Assembly: GCA_000934665.2 (NCBI GenBank)
Contig: KZ538946.1
Location: forward strand, 1 to 59,197
Direction: 5' to 3'
DNA: 59,197 nt
Source of the DNA: Catajapyx aquilonaris
Taxonomy: Eukaryota
In this document: in pieces, positions 54,269 to 59,197 of the stretch
Layout: each line of letters begins with the position of its first letter
How positions within the stretch are numbered: position 1 is the stretch's first letter
Program-made: the position numbers and the translations under genes
The notes under the pieces: model-generated
What the model saw: the letters and a program-made list of their open reading frames with translations, nothing else
The model's database searches: none
What the model was told of the DNA's origin: nothing

Positions 54269-55555
54269 TTCGATACTGACACTCTCTCCAGCATGTACTC
54301 ATTGTACAAAGAAAGGGCGCCACAAAATTCAACAATCCCCATAAAAGATTTGATTTACGTTACATTTTTTTATAGCCTTATTGGTGTGTTAAGTAAAAGA
54401 ATGTGATAATTTGTGTTTCTGTTATATTAAGTAAAAAAAAAGGCATATTCATTATACAGTATGTTATCACAAACCATTATGTTCGCTGCTTCTCCAGTTT
54501 TCCCCGCCACTTCTTCCTTTTCGGTTTGGATTCCCTATTTTTACAACACAAAATATGGCTGGTGATCAGTGCAAAACGGCAAAGCATTTACTTGTTACCA
54601 TGAGCAGAAACTATGAAGACTTAATTTATTCTTTTTTTTTTCACCTCGCTTCTCTCACTCTCTTTGGCTCTAATCATCACATCGTCATCATCGCAGTCAT
54701 CAGTCATCGCACAGAAAAACACAATGTCGCACCAAGCATCCTCATGCGCCTTATGCAGGCACGAGTACTAAAACCTCTCCTCGTTTTATACTCATCATCT
54801 GACTTTTTCATTATTATTATTATTCAAATCCATTTTTTAAGAAATCATGTCGATCGAGGCTTACATGCTTTCAGGGGGGGTCAAAGGTTGTATATACTCC
54901 TTAGGTACTCCTTGAATTTGGTACTCCGGTGTACATTTTACAGTCGAGTGAGTACCCCCTCGTTAAAGTTGGTACGTGACGTTGAAGTTAAAAATTGCTG
55001 CAATTATTCCAGATCGTTACAGGCAAAGCTGGCAAGCAGCATATTCTGACCAATCGTAACCAATCGCAATGCACTTAGTTGTACCAAGAGTTAATCATAT
55101 CCTGGTTTTTATACAATCAAGGTTGGACTCGTTACTTATGCATACAGAAATCTTGGTCAAGAATTCAGGTACACTTCCCTCGTGACGTACGCACATATCA
55201 TGCTCACTGCCAGCATGTCATTGCAATTAAATTCAATGGTTATCGCACTTACGGTTTTTTTATTAGGAACTCCCAGGTACATAATTTGCTCCTTCACTTT
55301 CACACACGGCCTTGCGACAAAACAGATCCGTACACTTTTTAATGAGGGCTGGGGACTAGCTCAACATGCACAGGCCTAGCTACAAAAATATCAAATGAAA
55401 CGGGGCATGATGTGGTCAAACATCCCCCAAAACTAAACCGCAACGTCAAACAACCTCCAGTTTCTAAAGGCACTTCCAATTTATAAAAAAGCATCGGGAC
55501 AGGTACCTAGTTCAGTCGACCAGGACTAGAAAAACATACTGATGCGAACAACATC

Positions 55556-56179
55556 TCACAGCTCTTCCTGAGCCTGAGGTCCAGTCGAGACAGGAGTTCG
55601 CTTCTCGACCATCTCATCTTCTTCCTCCTCCTCATCCTCCTCCTCATCCTCGTCGTCTTCCTCCTCCGAGATGACCACTGTCGGCTGCTCCTTCTTCAGC
55701 GGGGTCATATTTGGACGATCGGCATCTCCACCGCCCATCTCCACTTTCTCGATCTTTCCAAATGCTTCGTCGGCCTTTGCCTCCTTGGCGCGCTTTTCTT
55801 CCTCAATTTTCTTCTCCTTTGCTTCCTCGGCCTTCCTCTCTGCTTCCTTCTTGGCCTGTTCTTCAGTCAACCTTGCCTCCTCTTCCGCTCTCTTTTCCAC
55901 TTCCTCCTTGGCGTTCCTTGCAACCTCCTCCTCCAGCTTCTGCGTCTTCTCAGCCATTTCCTGGGCCAACTTCCCCATCTCTTCCACTCGTTGAGCCTCC
56001 AGCTTCTCAATCTCCCAGTCGTCCTTCCGCTGCTTTATGAAGCCAAACAGCGAGTGGATGCAAGATGACGATGTCAGTTCATGGATGTTGGTTCCTGCTG
56101 AGACTCGGGTGATGTCCCACTCGGACGTCATCAACTGCGTGTCCAGCGGGTCGTTCACGGACACCCAGTTCTTGGACAC
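55556..56179 (-). CDS. FAM172A: FAM172A/ARB2A last exon with long E/K/A-rich charged tail ending QEEL
   Basis: VSKNWVSVNDPLDTQL...RVSAGTNIHELTSSSCIHSLFGFI (NWVS..PLD / SAGT..HE.TS motifs), then about 155 charged residues and TGA. Confidence 0.93.
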   Translation of the reverse strand: MSKNWVSVNDPLDTQLMTSEWDITRVSAGTNIHELTSSSCIHSLFGFIKQRKDDWEIEKLEAQRVEEMGKLAQEMAEKTQKLEEEVARNAKEEVEKRAEEEARLTEEQAKKEAERKAEEAKEKKIEEEKRAKEAKADEAFGKIEKVEMGGGDADRPNMTPLKKEQPTVVISEEEDDEDEEEDEEEEEDEMVEKRTPVSTGPQAQEEL

Positions 56180-56233
56180 CTTAAATTCAGAGTAATGTTA
56201 CAGGTTGTATGGAACATGTTTGCTGTGTCGTAC

Positions 56234-56350
56234 CTTCCTCACGTGCCCCAGGATATTGTCCTGGCTTCTCTTAAGCGTCATGCCATGTACAGAGTCGGTG
56301 AAGGCGATGGCAAACACCCGCTTCATGAAGTCTTCAGGGAACAGCTCGGC
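56234..56350 (-). CDS. FAM172A: FAM172A/ARB2A exon 6
   Basis: AELFPEDFMKRVFAIAFTDSVHGMTLKRSQDNILGHVRK (V.AIA.TDSVH motif). 117 bp, phase 0/0, ccag| and |gtacga flanks. Confidence 0.93.
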
Positions 56351-56406
56351 CTGGATAAGAACACAAAATTATCTCCGTGACACTGTCGGATGTGCATGTG
56401 ACGTAC

Positions 56407-56668
56407 CAGCTGAAGAGTGAGGACTCCTCCGTAGCTATGGGCCACAATGGCAACGTTCTGCGCCTGCGACTTCTGCACAAAGTTCTTCCACACGTAGATG
56501 ATGTGGTTCAATGGACTCTCGCTCTCACGGATCTTCACCTTCCCGCCATCATCGGTCGGCCTAGTGTTGTCATTACTGTTCGTGACAATCACACCGCTGC
56601 CCATCGACAACAGCCGCTTGATGTACGGCAGTTGGGTTCCAGTGTCGAGACAGTCGTTTATAATCAGC
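56407..56668 (-). CDS. FAM172A: FAM172A/ARB2A exon 5
   Basis: RLIINDCLDTGTQLPYIKR...SPLNHIIYVWKNFVQKSQAQNVAIVAHSYGGVLTLQL, containing the LIIN..L..GTQ and AHSYGG hydrolase-like motifs. Confidence 0.95.
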
Positions 56669-56722
56669 CTGGTTAATAAACACAATTAAGCACTGAAATC
56701 GTAGCTGTTTGGAGCAGCTTAC

Positions 56723-56913
56723 CTCCTGGCCCACTGTCCGGCCTTGACGAACCCACTCCCATGCACAACAATGGTTAAGAAGTCCGGGTTGGTCAGCGCA
56801 TCAGGGCTGGCGAACACAAACGTCTGCCTCTTCTCCGGCTCGGTGGGCGGAAAGCGGAGTCGCTGCAACCCAGCTTCAGTCTCCAGCAGCTCATACACAT
56901 AATCCGTCACGAC
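56723..56913 (-). CDS. FAM172A: FAM172A/ARB2A exon 4
   Basis: VVTDYVYELLETEAGLQRLRFP...FVFASPDALTNPDFLTIVVHGSGFVKAGQWAR, containing the HGSG.V.AGQWARR hallmark. Confidence 0.95.
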
Positions 56914-56972
56914 CTACAATCGCAAGGTGACAATCAACGTAAATCCAATCAGGAGAAACAAATACGACGAAC

Positions 56973-57091
56973 CTCTCCCAGCTCCGAGTAGTGCTTCTCG
57001 TTGAACTCGTTGTCGCCTTTCTTCACCTCGAACTGAAACGGATTCTCCGTCAGCTCCTTTGTCACCGGGTCGACCTGAAGCATCTCGCCCT
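56973..57091 (-). CDS. FAM172A: FAM172A/ARB2A exon 3
   Basis: EGEMLQVDPVTKELTENPFQFEVKKGDNEFNEKHYSELGE, matching PF.F...N.K.Y..LGE of FAM172A. GT-AG flanks, phases consistent. Confidence 0.92.
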
Positions 57092-57146
57092 CTGCGAAGT
57101 AACAATCGGTAAGAACAAGTATCGTCTGAGGGTGTGTAATAATTAC

Positions 57147-57258
57147 CTTCGCTGAATCCGTATCCAAACTTCTCTCGCAGGATAGTCTCGGCCTCGTTCA
57201 ACCGCTTCTTCTTCGCCTGCTGCGGCTCCTTTGATGCCATCCGGTATCCGCTAAAAAA
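57147..57258 (-). CDS. FAM172A: FAM172A/ARB2A exon 2 (alternative start ATG at 57240)
   Basis: FFSGYRMASKEPQQAKKKRLNEAETILREKFGYGFSE. The L..FGY.F..G pattern matches the Arb2-domain start. Donor gtaatt at 57146; the 5' boundary is uncertain. Confidence 0.8.
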
Positions 57259-57329
57259 CTGTAATAATCCAAATTAATTTGTTTGCCAAATTTTGTGCAC
57301 AATTTCCTGCCTGACGCTACAAGCCTTGC

Positions 57330-57482
57330 CTTCTCTAGAAACTTCATTATCGCCTGAGCTGCTGACGGGTCGTTATCGGTCGACTTCAGGGCACGTCGCC
57401 GGTACAAGTATAAGGTCGCTGGGATGGCGACAGCAACAGTGACCACTCCGATGGTCACCAGAAGTTTATGACCCTGACCCAT
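57330..57482 (-). CDS. FAM172A: Putative first coding exon of FAM172A/ARB2A, with a hydrophobic signal-anchor-like N-terminus
   Basis: MGQGHKLLVTIGVVTVAVAIPATLYLYRRRALKSTDNDPSAAQAIMKFLEK. Joins exon 2 in frame only through an inferred GC-AG intron (AAG|gcaagg ... tattacag|, 57329-57259). Confidence 0.5.
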
Positions 57483-58174
57483 GACCTTTTTCGGTTCCTC
57501 ACACCTGCAACTATGTTCCGGTATTACTTATTCACAAACTTGACAAGCAGAGGCAGAACACTAGTTAGTTTAATTGCTAACGGGGGTTAGTTGATGTTAA
57601 TTTAATCCTAATAAGTTCTTAAAAAATTTTTAAAAAATTGGCAAAATCTGATCTAAAGGTCAGAATGACAGTTCAATGGCCATAATATGGCGAAACCAGG
57701 GGCCGCCCCTGGGGTGGTACGTACCTTGCTGTACCCCTGCTGTGTCTTATTGTTCGGCCCGGGGGCGACGATCGGGGCGGGAAGGTCGTAGGGGGCGACC
57801 CCGGGGCAAAAATAGAACTCGGAGCGAAATAGAACACCGGCTGGCGTTCGATCTCGGGGACAGTGGTGCCAACAGCGGACTTCAAAAATTCGGGTTTACT
57901 TTCGCATAATTTAATATGCAAATAAAATCATGTCTCATAATATTTATCATAATAATAAATGAATATTTATTAACTAATTAATAAGCACTGAGAGTAATTA
58001 AGTGCGGGTCTTTCCCGGTGTGGCGCTGCTGTACTTGGAGCGGGAATTCAAAAAATTGCAGTTTTTGAATAATTTGCATTATTTTTTTGCACTTGTATAT
58101 TTAACCCTATTTTAATGGTGCGCTGTTGCCTACTTCATTCCGCGACGATGCCATGGTTGCATGTAAGTAATTAG

Positions 58175-58263
58175 GATATGCACCTGGAGAGGCCTTGAAG
58201 GTGGCCGCTGAGCTGGACAACCGGAGCGGCAACGCGGTGACCGTGTCAGCCGTGTTGAATCAG
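58175..58263 (+). CDS. Arrestin domain-containing (ARRDC-like) exon, start of the arrestin-C domain
   Basis: GYAPGEALKVAAELDNRSGNAVTVSAVLNQ matches the alpha-arrestin GY.PGE.I...AEI.N.S pattern. Ends at a GC donor (CAG|gcgagt). Weak acceptor, with an in-frame stop just upstream. Confidence 0.7.
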
Positions 58264-58321
58264 GCGAGTATATCCCGAAATGGTCCACTCTGGCTATGTC
58301 TAATAACCACTTTGGTTGCAG

Positions 58322-58507
58322 GTAATAAAATTCCATGCAACAACAAAGAGCACCCGATTGACTAAGGTAGTTGGGAAGATCAGAGGAAGGACGCTGCCTG
58401 TGAGGTACACAAAAGACTGGTCTGGTGAGCCGTTCTATGTGCCGCAGTTGCCTCCGACTGACTTGGGCGGAGGCTGCAAGATCATTGGTCTCGGATACGA
58501 GCTCACG
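58322..58507 (+). CDS. ARRDC-like exon, arrestin-C domain
   Basis: VIKFHATTKS...WSGEPFYVPQLPPTDLGGGCKIIGLGYELT (VP.LPP..L..C.II...Y.L motif). AG/GT flanks. Confidence 0.8.
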
Positions 58508-58558
58508 GTTAGTTGGGCACTGTGCACTGTATGCCAACTGACCAGTTTTGTTTCTCAG

Positions 58559-58676
58559 GTGACTGTTGCTCCGCCTCAACCTTCATGGCCGCTACGTGCC
58601 AGCCTCCCAATAACAATAGGCACCATCCCGCTGAACACGGAACCATCAGCTCCTCCACTAGAAATGATTGACATGA
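58559..58676 (+). CDS. ARRDC-like exon, end of arrestin-C domain
   Basis: VTVAPPQPSWPLRASLPITIGTIPLNTEPSAPPLEMIDM (LPI.IGTIPL hallmark). Follows a 51-bp intron; donor gtgaga at 58677. Confidence 0.78.
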
Positions 58677-58771
58677 GTGAGACTCTTTGCTGTGTTTGAT
58701 CAGAGTCCCTATTGTAGGGACAATAGTCCCTATAAGTAAGATCCTCGTGCAAAAACAACAATGAAAATTTT

Positions 58772-58802
<31 letters not shown>

Positions 58803-58805
58803 CAG

Positions 58806-58945
58806 AGGACGTTTTTCTGTCAAGCATATCTCAAAACCCGTTGCAAGTAGAGCCTTCATATTTTGAACACGTATCCGGCCCGACGTGCTGCAGTGCCCGA
58901 TCCCCTACACAAAAAACCCAAGGACGTAATAGAACCCCGAAATAA
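58806..58945 (+). CDS. Possible terminal exon of the ARRDC-like gene
   Basis: Acceptor ttcag after a (TTG)n tract. Phase-compatible open frame KDVFLSSISQNPLQVEPSYFEHVSG...PK*; EPSY resembles a degenerate PPxY. No strong homology. Confidence 0.35.
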
Positions 58946-59197
58946 AATTATAAACGAATAATTCATTATGAGCAGCAATGCGTGCAACTGGAATCCATGT
59001 GTGACAATAGTCACACATTATTTGGAATATTATTTTGTGTAAATATCATCTCTACACTTTATGCGGAATTACGTACCCTTACCGCTTAAATATATACATG
59101 TATATTCTTTACCTTATTTGCATTACATTATTATTAAATAAACATTCGTTCATTCAACTTGTTATTATATTTAATTCAGTTTCCACGGTATCCTCCT

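Larger units (their letters stand above)
51930..54512. repeat. Large inverted repeat / foldback: arms about 51930-53063 and 53351-54512, spacer about 290 bp
   Basis: Continuous reverse-complement alignment of the arms with scattered substitutions and small indels. Confidence 0.95.

Overview
Eukaryotic, most likely arthropod/invertebrate, genomic DNA with no prokaryotic features. The + strand carries most of a COUP-TF/seven-up (NR2F) nuclear receptor gene in five coding exons: 7296-7445, 10371-10642, 10733-10991, 42011-42168 and 42263-42379. I could not find the first zinc-finger exon, which is presumably upstream of the window. A 31-kb intron splits the ligand-binding domain. Downstream and convergent on the - strand is a compact FAM172A/ARB2A gene (about 57482-55556, introns 54-71 bp), followed head-to-head by + strand exons of an arrestin-domain (ARRDC-like) C-terminal domain. 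This NR2F-FAM172A(-ARRDC) neighbourhood mirrors vertebrate synteny. The non-coding DNA holds palindromic MITEs, DINE-1/Helentron-like and other dispersed repeats, many minisatellites, tRNA-derived SINE heads and a ~2.6-kb foldback with ~1.1-kb arms. It also has an excess of DR1 nuclear-receptor sites and several GATA clusters. Exon boundaries and coordinates were read by eye.
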